DNA from: Candidatus Poribacteria bacterium
Lineage (GTDB): Bacteria; Poribacteria; WGA-4E; PCPOR2b
Length of the DNA stretch: 64,000 nt
Reading direction: 5' to 3'
Assembly: GCA_965218095.1 (NCBI GenBank)
Contig: OZ244587.1
Span: forward strand, 160,001-224,000
Under the pieces are notes generated by a model, which ran no database searches, was not told the origin of the DNA, and worked only from the letters and a program-made list of their open reading frames with translations. Of the stretch, positions 31,321 through 41,042 are shown in pieces; the first letter of the stretch is position 1, and each line of letters starts with the position of its first letter. Made by a program: the position numbers and the translations under genes.

Positions 31321-33357
31321 TCAAATGTCCAACTCGCCACACTTTTTCTCCTTGCGAAAGATCAAGATGAACTGATGCAACTGGTTGGAAACGTAGGCAT
31401 ACGGATAGCCGAAGGGATACAATTTCAGCGACTTATCGTACCAGATCTTGTAGCCGCGAAACCGCAGGTTTTCCACGTCAGCGAGCGCGTTGACAACATC
31501 AGCGTGAATCATATTGTGGTGGGTCTCCATCGGCTGGAGGTCTTTGCAGAAAATCACGACGTACCCTTTCGGTTTGAGGAAACCCATCACCGCTTGGACT
31601 ACCTCCCTCAACGATGCGTAAAATTGAGCGGGTGGCATGTTCCCCAAATCTTCTGTGTCTTCTGTGAAGGGAGTTGCACTGTCATCGCCTGTCTTCTTCT
31701 TTCGTTCGCCGGTACGTTTTCGAGAGAGCATGTCACCATAAGGCGGATCAGTCAGGATTAGATTAAACGGTTTTTCGTCCTTCAAAATCTTCGCTAAGTT
31801 CCGCGCATCGCCGCAAAAGACCGGTTGCGGTTCGAGGTTAAGTTCAGCCGATGCCTGATGATAAAGATCCAAGTACTCCTGCGAGAGGTCGATGCCGCCC
31901 CCCTGTCGTCCTGTCATTGCACACGCCAATAGCGTGCCGCCGACTCCGACAAACGGATCCAGGACTCGCTCGCTTTTCTTCGTAAAAAACTCAATCAGAC
32001 GTTTCATCAGTTGGGGCGGCTTGGGTGATGGATGGCCCTTGCGAATATGGTGAGCGTAAGATTCGGAGCCACTGGTCGGATAGTGGGTATCCCAAACAGG
32101 GGCAAGCGCAACTGCCCACTCCTCCTCAGGCAGATCATTGAGTTTGCCGACGTTGTGCTCCTCACCTTCCAGTTCTACTGAATTGAGGAAGTATGTCCAT
32201 TCCCCCCCGCTAAGATTATTGAGTTTATTTCGCGGGTCATAACGCCTTCGAGGTATCGCTTTCGATTTGGACTTTTTGGGAGGCGTCATAACCTTGACAT
32301 GGAACAGCAATTCATCGACATCGTTGCTTGATGCGGAATTGTCTCCACGAGAGTTGCTTTTGAACCGTCGATAATCAATGGGAGAATCGAGGTGGGGTTC
32401 GCCCCGAAGCGAAAGGATAGACATAATTTCATCTTGAGACAGGATGCCCTCGTTGTTGTAACTCACCAGGATGTACTTCGCGTCTGCTTTTTCGATCAGA
32501 TCCTGAAATGCTTCCAGACAGTCCACTTTGGAGCAATACGCCGATTTTTCCGTCTCGTCATAATCACGCAGTCCCGTTTTTCCGTGGATTTGGGGATTAT
32601 CATAACGGGCAATTGTTTCCAGCAGGTGATAGTTGGTAATGTATTGGCGGGTGTTGTACGGCGGGTCAATGTACAGCACGTCGCACGCAATTTCCTCAAT
32701 CAGGTCGTTGGCGTCCCGGCGGAAGACTTGATGCGGCAGATCCGATGGGATAATCTCCGTCGGCACAAGGATCAGGTCGTTGTAAGTCCGGGGGTCCCAA
32801 CCCTTGAGATAAGCCCCGTAGGTTCCTGAGATATTGGCAATCTTCGATGTCGCCTCTAGCAGTGGTAACAGCAGTAGACAAAATTCATTCTCGGTGATGT
32901 CACCGTCATCACGCCACTTTTGGATTTGTTGGCGGGTAGCGTCAATCTTCTGACCGTTGAGATCAGACAGATACTGCCGACCATATTCATTATTCCCCGA
33001 TGGACAGTAGGTGCGAAAGATAAATCCTTTTTTACCCGGCAGGCAATTCAACCACGCGATCACCTTGTGGTAAGGTGAAAGACTGGTGAAGAGGCTATCG
33101 CTCGGCACGTCACCAAGCGTCGGGGCAATTCGGGCGAATACAGGTTCTTCGTTGTTTGCGACTAACGCTCGCTGAAATGTGTGAGAGAGTTCGAGGAGAT
33201 CGTTGGAAATAATCTGAAACCCTCGTCGTTTGAAATGTGCGGCGACACTTGCTGTTCCGGCGAAAAGATCGCAAAAAATTCTGTTTTGAATTCCCAGATC
33301 TGCAACGACCTTTTCAATATGAGATAACAGGTTCAATTTACAGCCGATATAACGCAT
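31321..33357 (-). CDS. Fusion of two DNA amino-methyltransferases (M.NlaIII-like D12 domain plus second N4/N6 domain)
   Basis: Domain 1: MRYIGCK, DLFAGT, YIDPPYN.RQY, VSYNNEG; domain 2: HPSPKP, LDPFVGVG, LTDPPY; continuous ORF. Confidence 0.88.
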   Translation of the reverse strand: MRYIGCKLNLLSHIEKVVADLGIQNRIFCDLFAGTASVAAHFKRRGFQIISNDLLELSHTFQRALVANNEEPVFARIAPTLGDVPSDSLFTSLSPYHKVIAWLNCLPGKKGFIFRTYCPSGNNEYGRQYLSDLNGQKIDATRQQIQKWRDDGDITENEFCLLLLPLLEATSKIANISGTYGAYLKGWDPRTYNDLILVPTEIIPSDLPHQVFRRDANDLIEEIACDVLYIDPPYNTRQYITNYHLLETIARYDNPQIHGKTGLRDYDETEKSAYCSKVDCLEAFQDLIEKADAKYILVSYNNEGILSQDEIMSILSLRGEPHLDSPIDYRRFKSNSRGDNSASSNDVDELLFHVKVMTPPKKSKSKAIPRRRYDPRNKLNNLSGGEWTYFLNSVELEGEEHNVGKLNDLPEEEWAVALAPVWDTHYPTSGSESYAHHIRKGHPSPKPPQLMKRLIEFFTKKSERVLDPFVGVGGTLLACAMTGRQGGGIDLSQEYLDLYHQASAELNLEPQPVFCGDARNLAKILKDEKPFNLILTDPPYGDMLSRKRTGERKKKTGDDSATPFTEDTEDLGNMPPAQFYASLREVVQAVMGFLKPKGYVVIFCKDLQPMETHHNMIHADVVNALADVENLRFRGYKIWYDKSLKLYPFGYPYAYVSNQLHQFILIFRKEKKCGELDI

Positions 33358-33403
33358 AATTTTCCTGTGTTGAGCAGATTCCCAAGGGTGATGCAACCGC
33401 TGA

Positions 33404-34723
33404 TCACCCTGTGTGTGCAATCTGTTCAAACGCTTGACGCATTAACTGCAATCCCGCTTTCGCTTCCGATTCAGCGATTACCAACGGCGGCGAAATCCGC
33501 AATACATTCCCCGCTAAGTACCCCATCAGGTGCAGCCCCTGTCGATAGCACTGGAAAACGCATTCGTTCGCAATTTTGTTCGCCGATTTGCCAGCGTAGC
33601 TATCGACTTCCAGTCCCCATACTAGTCCTTCGCCACGTACATAAGTTGCAAATTCAAAATCATCCGTGAGTCGATAAAGCCCCTCCTCAATCACCTTGCT
33701 GACCTGACGGCAATTCTCGATGATCGGAAATTTCTCAAACGTATCCAGTGCAGCGAGAATGGCGGCACATGCACGCGGGGCACCGCTGTATGAGTCGTGG
33801 GCTTCGCCACAGTCTAGCGAATCGAGGATTTCGGCTCTGCCTACGACCGCTGTCACCGGTTCACCGTTGCCGAGCCCTTTTCCCAACACGACCAGGTCTG
33901 GATGGAGTTCGTAGGTCTGGAAGGCGTACATATTTCCGGTGCGTCCGTTGCAAGATTGGACTTCGTCGAGAATGAAGGTGACGCCGTTTTGATTGCACCA
34001 GTCGTTAAGCTGGCGGAGGTACGATTCCGGTGGGTGGAAAGACCCTTTTGCGCCGAGATACGGCTCGGTGATCAGCATACAGATCTGATTAGGATACTCA
34101 CGCTTCAGGGCATCCAACTCTGCCGCGACTTTCGGCATTAGCACCTCTGGCGACCACGCGGGGTTACTGGTGTGTCGTTTGTCCATAACCATCGGAAACG
34201 AGAGCCACCGCACATTTGGATTCGCGCTTTTCTCGTCCGTGACATCTCCCGCTAGCCCCTCTTGTCCGTGGAAGCCGGGCCGGGTCGCAAGGATAATATG
34301 CTTATCAGGCTGATAGCGTTGCGCCGCCCACATCGCCTTGATGACGCTAGCAGCACCGGAATCTGCCCATAAGACACGCTGCATCTTTTCAATACCCAAA
34401 TTGGCAATGAGCCTCTGGGCGGCCCGTACTTCCAATTCAGTCAGGGCGTTATAGGCAGTTCGTGGGAGATCTTCGATATGGTGTCGGTATTGGTCTTCAA
34501 AGTACGGGTGGTTGTGCCCAAGATTAGCGACCAAAACGCCTGAGGTGAAATCGATGAATCGCCCATCCTCCGAATTCCAAAGATAGACGCCCTGCGCCCA
34601 TCGGATGACCAGTTGTGTTGGGGTGTAAGTTTTATGCCCTTTCGCAATTAGTCTGGCTGCTAACCTTCGGTGATCATCGGATCGGAATTCTTCTTCAAGC
34701 TGGATGGGTGAAGGTATTGTCAT
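33404..34723 (-). CDS. Class III PLP-dependent aminotransferase
   Basis: DF.SG....NLGH, ILDEVQS..GRTG, PDLV.LGKGLGNG. Confidence 0.92.
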   Translation of the reverse strand: MTIPSPIQLEEEFRSDDHRRLAARLIAKGHKTYTPTQLVIRWAQGVYLWNSEDGRFIDFTSGVLVANLGHNHPYFEDQYRHHIEDLPRTAYNALTELEVRAAQRLIANLGIEKMQRVLWADSGAASVIKAMWAAQRYQPDKHIILATRPGFHGQEGLAGDVTDEKSANPNVRWLSFPMVMDKRHTSNPAWSPEVLMPKVAAELDALKREYPNQICMLITEPYLGAKGSFHPPESYLRQLNDWCNQNGVTFILDEVQSCNGRTGNMYAFQTYELHPDLVVLGKGLGNGEPVTAVVGRAEILDSLDCGEAHDSYSGAPRACAAILAALDTFEKFPIIENCRQVSKVIEEGLYRLTDDFEFATYVRGEGLVWGLEVDSYAGKSANKIANECVFQCYRQGLHLMGYLAGNVLRISPPLVIAESEAKAGLQLMRQAFEQIAHTG

Positions 34724-35622
34724 GATTTCCCGCCTTTTTCAAGGTAGCCAGCCAGGATCGAGATCATCTTCAAGAGATCTGGGAAAGCATCCTGATCTTC
34801 GGGAGCAAGATCGGCGAGGTGCGTCTCCCCAACGAATCGGTACATATCCACTGCTCCCGCTAAAATTTTCGGCGTCAAACCGACGTGTGCAAACGTTGAT
34901 GAAATCTCTTCCATCTCACCAATCCAACGTCTGGACTTTGGGGGCATCCCCGGTAGGTTTCGCTCCATGCGGTCATAGAGGGCGGATTGGCTCATCTGAA
35001 ATTCGGCTTTGAGGGCTTCCGAAACACCCATGATTTCCGCGGCGGTCAAGAGTTCCGTGCAAAGCGCAGTCAGTCCCTTTGTCAACGAGGCATAGCACAT
35101 CTTGATCGCCGAACCCAAGCCGATTTCCTCACCAAGCGGACGGACATCAAGCCCAAACTGACTCAATTCTTCAAAAGCATAAACGTGGGGACCTGAAGCA
35201 TAAAAGCGTGTCGCACCTGGATTTCTGGGCGGTGGACCGATAATTGAGGCATCGACAAAACACCCGCCGGCATCAGTGATGATTTCCCCCATCTGATGAG
35301 TAGTCTGTGGGGCAATTGCGTTACAATCGGCGTAGATGAGGTCCGCTTTGGTTTCGATGAGCGTGTCTGCAACTGCTTGGGCAGCGTGCTTGGCTTGCGC
35401 CGGTACCATGATTGATAGAATGATGTCAGCTTCATCCACAAGGGCTTGATACGTCGGCACATCTTCAATCTTCACACTCTCTGCCAGCGATCGGGTGCGC
35501 TCACTTCTTCCCGTCAAACAGGTAATCACGCGCAAGCCGTGCACACCAAGGACACGGCCGACAGTATGTCCCATCTCGCCAGGGCTTAGGATTCCAACGG
35601 TTTTTAACGGCATAATGTCCAT
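34720..35622 (-). CDS. NAD(P)-dependent dehydrogenase, DUF1932 family
   Basis: GILSPGEMG, DCNAIAP, DASIIG.PP, A.KMCYA.LTKG, RW.GEMEEI. Confidence 0.88.
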   Translation of the reverse strand: MDIMPLKTVGILSPGEMGHTVGRVLGVHGLRVITCLTGRSERTRSLAESVKIEDVPTYQALVDEADIILSIMVPAQAKHAAQAVADTLIETKADLIYADCNAIAPQTTHQMGEIITDAGGCFVDASIIGPPPRNPGATRFYASGPHVYAFEELSQFGLDVRPLGEEIGLGSAIKMCYASLTKGLTALCTELLTAAEIMGVSEALKAEFQMSQSALYDRMERNLPGMPPKSRRWIGEMEEISSTFAHVGLTPKILAGAVDMYRFVGETHLADLAPEDQDAFPDLLKMISILAGYLEKGGKS

Positions 35623-35629
35623 CTCCTTT

Positions 35630-35867
35630 TCAGTCTGCGGTCATTTTGATTGGTGTTTGCTGTGCAGATGTTTCTACTTTCTGAGCTAGGTACTCCTCAA
35701 TTTCTCGTTTGATTTTTTCGATCATAAAGCCGGTGCTATCTTCGCACATTTGACGGATGTCGGGATTCGTGATCATTTTAATGCCTGTTAAGGCACGCTA
35801 AAGCTGTACAACCGCTTCACGAGAAACTTGAAGCTGGTGGTCGTTCTCAATTTTACTCTTAACTCAT
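35630..35867 (-). pseudogene. Small disrupted hypothetical gene
   Basis: KIENDHQLQVSREAVVQL*RAL...IEKIKREIEEYL with in-frame TAG; family not identified. Confidence 0.4.
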
Positions 35868-36451
35868 GGTAATTCACCCCTGAGTAGCGGATCTCGCAGA
35901 TTTCCATTCATTGCAAAGGAGTCCATACAAATACATATCGAAGCGTCTGTCATCACGCTAGAGGTATTCCCGGTATTTCCCCTTATGCTGAAAACCCAAC
36001 TTTTCATACAGCACAATGACGCGTTCGTTGTAGCTGAATACTGTGAGTTGTACGCGGTGCAGGTTGAGCTCATCAAAGGCGAATCGGAGGACGAGTTGCA
36101 TCGCCTCGTATCCATAGCCCTTTCCCCAATGGCAATGCTGACCCCGCTCACTTGATGCGTCCACAGAATGCCGTCGAGTTCAATGTAGCCAATCAATTCA
36201 TCCCCATCAAGCAGACGAATGGCAAACAGAAAAGCATCAGTCGCTTTGTGGGTATCTTCCAGCCACTGCGCTAATGCAGACTCGGTCTTGGGATAAGCGG
36301 GGAGTGCGTCAAATAGGCGCAGGAATTCGGCATCCTGATACCAGCGGGCGATGGTCGGGAAGTCGTCTGGCGTTAACGCCGTCAGGCGCACTTTGGTTCC
36401 ACACAAGAGATTTGAGGGCGTCACGCTTGCATTCCCCGGCGGATTAGGCAT
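35864..36451 (-). pseudogene. GNAT (RimL/RimJ-like) N-acetyltransferase, disrupted
   Basis: SIAIG / WGKGYG.EAM..FAFDELNLHRV.L.V..YN..YEKLGF; frameshifting deletion near 36125 and in-frame TAG at 35958-35960. Confidence 0.85.
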
Positions 36452-36454
36452 GTA

Positions 36455-36910
36455 TCACGGTGTCGATTCCGTCTCCTCTGACGGGTCATCGGATGGCGGC
36501 GGCAATGTCGAGGGGTCTGCTTCCGACAAATCCTCCGTCTCGTCGGCATCCTCTGGCGCAACGGTCTCCTCCGATAGCTGGTTTTCCGTTTTGTGGTCAA
36601 CGCTATTCAGCATCGCCATGAGCCCTTCGAGGCGATCTCGGATTTCCGCTTTCTCCTCATCTATCTCGTGGCGTTCCTGCACGCGCTCTTCCTGAAGCAC
36701 CTTCAACTCAGATTCAAAATGCCGTAATTCAGCATTCTGTTTTTCGAGTTCTTGAACCCTTGCGTCTCGCTGCTTCAGTTCAGCGTGCAGCTCATTGGTC
36801 CGAGATTCCAGCGCTCCCTTTTCTTCTCTCAGACGGTGGATGGTGTCAATTGCGCGTTCAACGCGCTCCTCCAACAAAGCAAGTACATTTTCTCGTAAAT
36901 CTTCGAGCAT
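36455..36910 (-). CDS. ZapB-like coiled-coil cell-division protein
   Basis: L.LLEERV..A..TI..LR.EK coiled coil, ..IR.RLEGL, acidic tail; AGGAGG RBS. Confidence 0.6.
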   Translation of the reverse strand: MLEDLRENVLALLEERVERAIDTIHRLREEKGALESRTNELHAELKQRDARVQELEKQNAELRHFESELKVLQEERVQERHEIDEEKAEIRDRLEGLMAMLNSVDHKTENQLSEETVAPEDADETEDLSEADPSTLPPPSDDPSEETESTP

Positions 36911-36911
36911 G

Positions 36912-37049
36912 TCAACCTCCTGTTTGTTGTTCGTGTGATGTAAAAATGTCGGGAACGAGACCCCCCGGCTCAAGCGGTAAGTCGGGATTGACTGCGTTGT
37001 ACGTTTCCGTCAGGTTCTTCGCAGGTCGGAAAGGCTTTTGTTTTGCCAT
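36912..37049 (-). pseudogene. N-terminal remnant, possibly of a P-loop ATPase gene
   Basis: MAKQKPFRPAKNLTETYNAVNPDLPLEPG then stop; similarity recalled from memory only. Confidence 0.35.
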
Positions 37050-37060
37050 TGGTCATCACT

Positions 37061-37100
37061 CCGTGAAACGTAAATGAACCCCGTGAAACGTAAATGAACC
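37061..37100. repeat. Perfect 20-bp tandem duplication
   Basis: CCGTGAAACGTAAATGAACC x2. Confidence 0.9.
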
Positions 37101-37139
37101 CCTGAACTAATGAACTCCTGAACTCATTTTCTGATTCAG

Positions 37140-38009
37140 CTAGCAGCACACTCTACGCCTCATTTCTTCTAGTCCGATGGTTCGAGCGTGATGAAAAAGG
37201 TACTGTTGCGCGTAGCCGAGATATTCACCGAAATAGCTTTGGGCGAACTCACGGATTTCGCGGATTGAGGCTTTGCGTTTCAAGTAGATCTGCTCCATAA
37301 TCCGCTTCATCCACACATCAATGGGGAGGGCTTCAATATGCCCTAACGAAAACAGGCAGATGCAGTCGGCGACCTTCTCACCGATTCCCTTGAATCGCAT
37401 GAGTTCTCGTTTCGTATCGGCATAAGGCATATTTTTCACGGTCTCAAGATTGAATTCGCCTTCAACGATTGCTGATGAAACCGCCCACAGATATGGGGCG
37501 CGGTAGCCCATTCGACAATCAAACAGCGCATCAACACCGGCTTCGGTGAGGGCTTGCGGTGTCGGGAACGAATAATCGACCTGATCATCAAGAGCGACTG
37601 TTTCACCAAATCGTGCGGAGATTGTGCGGATAATCCCCTTAATCCGAGGCACGTTGTTGTTCTGAGACAAGATGAACGACGCGAGACACTCCCACAGATC
37701 CTGGTTCAGGATGCGCATTCCCCAGTAGGTTTTGATGGCGCGATGGATGTACGGGTCGATGTCTACAGCGTTTAGAATCGCCGGCAGGTCACGGTTGAGA
37801 TCCAGATAGTAGCAGAGAAGGGCTTCAAGCTGGCCCATACCCTCGTTAGTGGAGCTCTCGACGATTAGAGACTTATCTTCCTGACGTATCTTCAGAAGCC
37901 TGCCATCAACGACGCCGTAATACCAACCGTTGATTGGCTGCCAGCGGAATGATTGCCCGCACTCCAGCGTGTGCGTCAGATTAAAATCTGCGGCCGGTTT
38001 GATTCGGAT
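37140..38009 (-). CDS. ogg: 8-oxoguanine DNA glycosylase (HhH-GPD); start codon reads ATC
   Basis: DFNL.HTLECGQSFRW, G.RIL.QD.WE.L.SFI.SQNN, GIG.KVADC..LF, P.DVW; GAGGAG RBS 7 nt before ATC at 38009. Confidence 0.85.
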   Translation of the reverse strand: MRIKPAADFNLTHTLECGQSFRWQPINGWYYGVVDGRLLKIRQEDKSLIVESSTNEGMGQLEALLCYYLDLNRDLPAILNAVDIDPYIHRAIKTYWGMRILNQDLWECLASFILSQNNNVPRIKGIIRTISARFGETVALDDQVDYSFPTPQALTEAGVDALFDCRMGYRAPYLWAVSSAIVEGEFNLETVKNMPYADTKRELMRFKGIGEKVADCICLFSLGHIEALPIDVWMKRIMEQIYLKRKASIREIREFAQSYFGEYLGYAQQYLFHHARTIGLEEMRRRVCC

Positions 38010-38420
38010 AGCACTGCTCCTCAGTGGTTCATTTCATAAGCCTGTATAGGGTCTTATCCTTGCGAAGGTTTCAAACCTTCACAAGGTTAGGATGCTCAAA
38101 CCCTACATGAATTTAAGAAATCGACTACCTAGTGCGATCTTTGAATTCTTGTGATCTCAGCTATCAAGGTTATTATACAATTGTGGCTATTATACAACGA
38201 ATTCATAAATGATACAAGTGTTTTGATGATACGCCGCACTCGCTCTGATTAACAAATGCTCTCTGACCTTTCACCACATCTTCCCCAAGGGAGGAAAACC
38301 GTCTGTGCGTTTAGAGATCACACTCTCCGGGAGGGGGCACCTGCATGAGAAACCGGATCGGAAGGCGAAGATCGCGCTCGAATAACAAATCCGCGCCGTT
38401 CAGAGCGAATCTAACTCGAT

Positions 38421-38524
38421 TAGGAGTTACGCAGTTGAACATACGAAGCATCATAAACGCGCAATGAATTGCGCGACTACGAACCAGGTGCGACCTCTAA
38501 TCAATCTTAACGGAAAAACTCGTA
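38421..38524. mobile_element. Candidate MITE with TA ends
   Basis: TAGGAGTTACGCAGTT ... AACGGAAAAACTCGTA imperfect IRs; internal CGCGCAATGAATTGCGCG palindrome; similar ends at ~41850 and ~63697. Confidence 0.45.
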
Positions 38525-38871
38525 GATTCACATTCTATTACCTTTGGTGCTAGTTGGTGATGATGTAGTCTCCACAAGGGTTGTAGAATTTATATATATT
38601 TGACCTCGCAAAGAATGGATTGTTGCTATGACTGGACCTTTGGTTTCAACCGGTTCATTATCTGATGATTTCGCCGATTGTGGAGGGGAAATCCATGAAA
38701 ATTCGCGACGATTCACGGATAAAATTTCTGCTTGTTTAGCGGAATGTGTGATGTCAGGATATACTACAAGATATTGTGTGATTAAATTCGAGAACACACA
38801 AAAAAATTTACGCAAAAAAGCGTATATTGCAAAAAAAAACGACAAAATCCGCGTCAGCACTGCATTTTTTC

Positions 38872-38900
38872 TTGACATACTAATATATGTATAGTACAAT
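38872..38900 (+). promoter_or_regulatory. Sigma70-type promoter of hup
   Basis: TTGACA-17 bp-TACAAT, AT-rich upstream tract, AGGAGG RBS before ATG 38960. Confidence 0.8.
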
Positions 38901-38959
38901 TATTTTGAGTTTCAGTCATAATGCGGCTTTTAGGCATTTTCAATGATTAGGAGGATAAT

Positions 38960-39241
38960 ATGGCCAAGCTTACGAAGCAAGATGTTGTTGGCAACATCGC
39001 CGACACCACAGGGTTAAGTAAAAAAGATGCAAATGCGGCCCTTGATGCTGTTCTTTCGTGTATCCGGGATGCATTGGCCGGAGGGGATTCCGTTGGGCTC
39101 ATCGGTTTTGGCACTTATGAGGTCAAGACAAGAGCTGCCCGTGAAGGTCGAAATCCCCAAACGGGTGATCCAATCAGCATTCCAGAAAAGAATGTTCCCA
39201 CCTTTAAACCTGGAAAACAGCTAAGAGAAGCCGTTGGTTAA
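38960..39241 (+). CDS. hup: HU family DNA-binding protein
   Basis: GFGT.EV..RAAREGRNPQTG..I.I, P.FKPGK.L. Confidence 0.96.
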   Translation: MAKLTKQDVVGNIADTTGLSKKDANAALDAVLSCIRDALAGGDSVGLIGFGTYEVKTRAAREGRNPQTGDPISIPEKNVPTFKPGKQLREAVG

Positions 39242-39850
39242 TCCATGATGGTAGCGATCAGCATGGCCGTCTTGAGGCATGTTGGTCACTACCCATCCCC
39301 GCCATTCCCCCATTATACTTCCATCCAATCTCTCATTTCAAGCCAAACCCTTCGAAAATTAGAAATTAGATACCCTCATCAAGTGTGCCGAAGTGTGCAC
39401 AACCGCAACCGGTAGAAGTGGGCACCTGCTTTCCTGATGCAAACCCAACCCGGAACAGTGTATCTGTCAGAAATTCAAGGACGTGAGAGTTATGATCATC
39501 AATCTCAACATTGATTTCGATGGATGATGAAGGTTAAAAGCGGAATAACAGCTTGACACCACCTTATGAAATGCGCTACACTTAATAGATAAATGCAAGA
39601 TGCCTTGATTCCCAGATCTGGGCGCAAACAGAAGTCCATCAACAACGTTCAAGTGGACTGATGGTCTGTCAAGTCGAAATTGATGGATAGAACCATTTGA
39701 TTGACAAGTGGTTTTCACCCCTCGCTCCCGCTTAACAAGGGGGAATTACGGGGGGTTGAAAATGACCACCAGATTAAAGTTGACAGACCACGAATAATTC
39801 TAACGAAAATCAAAGAAAAGCAACCCCGGATTCTACCAATTCAGACATTT

Positions 39851-40888
39851 ATGGAGAATAGACGTTTGCATAACCACAATCCTGTTGATGTGTTGGATAC
39901 AGATTTAGAAGCGGCCGAATTTCTGAAAAATGCGCGAGAATTGATTTTGAATGAACTCCAGAAGCGGATCGTCGGCCAACAAGAAGTCATTGATGAATTG
40001 TTGACTGCGCTCTTTTCTCAAGGACATTGTTTACTGGTCGGCGTGCCCGGTCTGGCAAAGACCCTTCTTATCAATAGTCTGGCTCAGATTTTAGACCTTG
40101 AATTTAATCGCATTCAATTTACGCCAGATCTCATGCCCTCTGACATCATCGGCACCGACATCATTCAGGACGATGTGGAAACAGGCAGGCGATTCCTTCG
40201 CTTTATCAAGGGACCTGTTTTTGCCAACATTGTCCTCGCAGACGAGATTAATCGCACACCACCCAAGACCCAGGCGGCGTTGCTGCAAGCGATGCAGGAG
40301 TACAAAGTCTCCGCAGGCGGCACGACTTATGAATTGGATCTCCCTTTTTTTGTTCTAGCTACGCAGAATCCGATCGAGCAGGAGGGAACATATCCCCTCC
40401 CTGAGGCGCAGCTAGATCGCTTTATGTTCAATATCTACATCGACTATCCCGATCCTTCTGCTGAAAAGCAGATAGTCATGACAACCACTTCTGCATACGA
40501 ACCACAGTTAGCGCACGCTATTACAGGTGAAGAAATTCTGCGTTTGCAAAAGATTGTCCGGAAGGTTCCCATCGCGGAATCCATCGTTGATTATGCTGTT
40601 GGATTAAGTCATCGTTCTCGCCCAAACACGCCAGACGCGCCGGAGTTCATCAAGGATTGGGTCAACTGGGGCGCGGGTCCCAGAGCTTCCCAATACCTCG
40701 TCTTAGGAGCGAAAGCGCGGGCGATTATGCACGGTCGCTATCATGTTTCTTATGACGACATACAGGCGGTTGCGAAACCGGTGCTGCGACACCGCATTCT
40801 GACGAACTTCAATGCTGAAGCCGATGGAATTTCTAGCCTTGATATTATCGATCGGTTACTGGAGCTCATTGAGCCTTCAGAGTCTTAG
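39851..40888 (+). CDS. MoxR family AAA+ ATPase
   Basis: GVPGLAKT, RIQFTPDLMPSD, DEINRTPPKTQ, ATQNPIEQEGTYPLPEAQLDRF. Confidence 0.95.
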   Translation: MENRRLHNHNPVDVLDTDLEAAEFLKNARELILNELQKRIVGQQEVIDELLTALFSQGHCLLVGVPGLAKTLLINSLAQILDLEFNRIQFTPDLMPSDIIGTDIIQDDVETGRRFLRFIKGPVFANIVLADEINRTPPKTQAALLQAMQEYKVSAGGTTYELDLPFFVLATQNPIEQEGTYPLPEAQLDRFMFNIYIDYPDPSAEKQIVMTTTSAYEPQLAHAITGEEILRLQKIVRKVPIAESIVDYAVGLSHRSRPNTPDAPEFIKDWVNWGAGPRASQYLVLGAKARAIMHGRYHVSYDDIQAVAKPVLRHRILTNFNAEADGISSLDIIDRLLELIEPSES

Positions 40889-41042
40889 AAGATTAACAAA
40901 TGAGCAAATCAGCAAATCAATCAAGTCATTGAGTTTCCTCCCCACTTCACTCATTCCCACTTCACTCATTTTCATGTATTTAGGGTGAAAATGTTCATAG
41001 AAGCTACACCACACATTAAACCATATATTGGAGGCAACTAAC

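Noticed and set aside
36912-37050. 6S RNA next to the zapB-like gene
   Set aside because: No long hairpin with central bubble; it reads as a short coding remnant
37061-37130. CRISPR array from tandem repeats here and at 59268
   Set aside because: Only two adjacent copies, no spacers, no cas genes
38528-38950. oriC or a 123-aa ORF in the AT-rich region before hup
   Set aside because: No cluster of DnaA boxes seen; better explained as the hup promoter region, and the ORF looks spurious
12668-40888. MoxR-VWA chaperone module
   Set aside because: The two genes are about 25 kb apart and no DUF58 gene is present; no linkage evidence in this window
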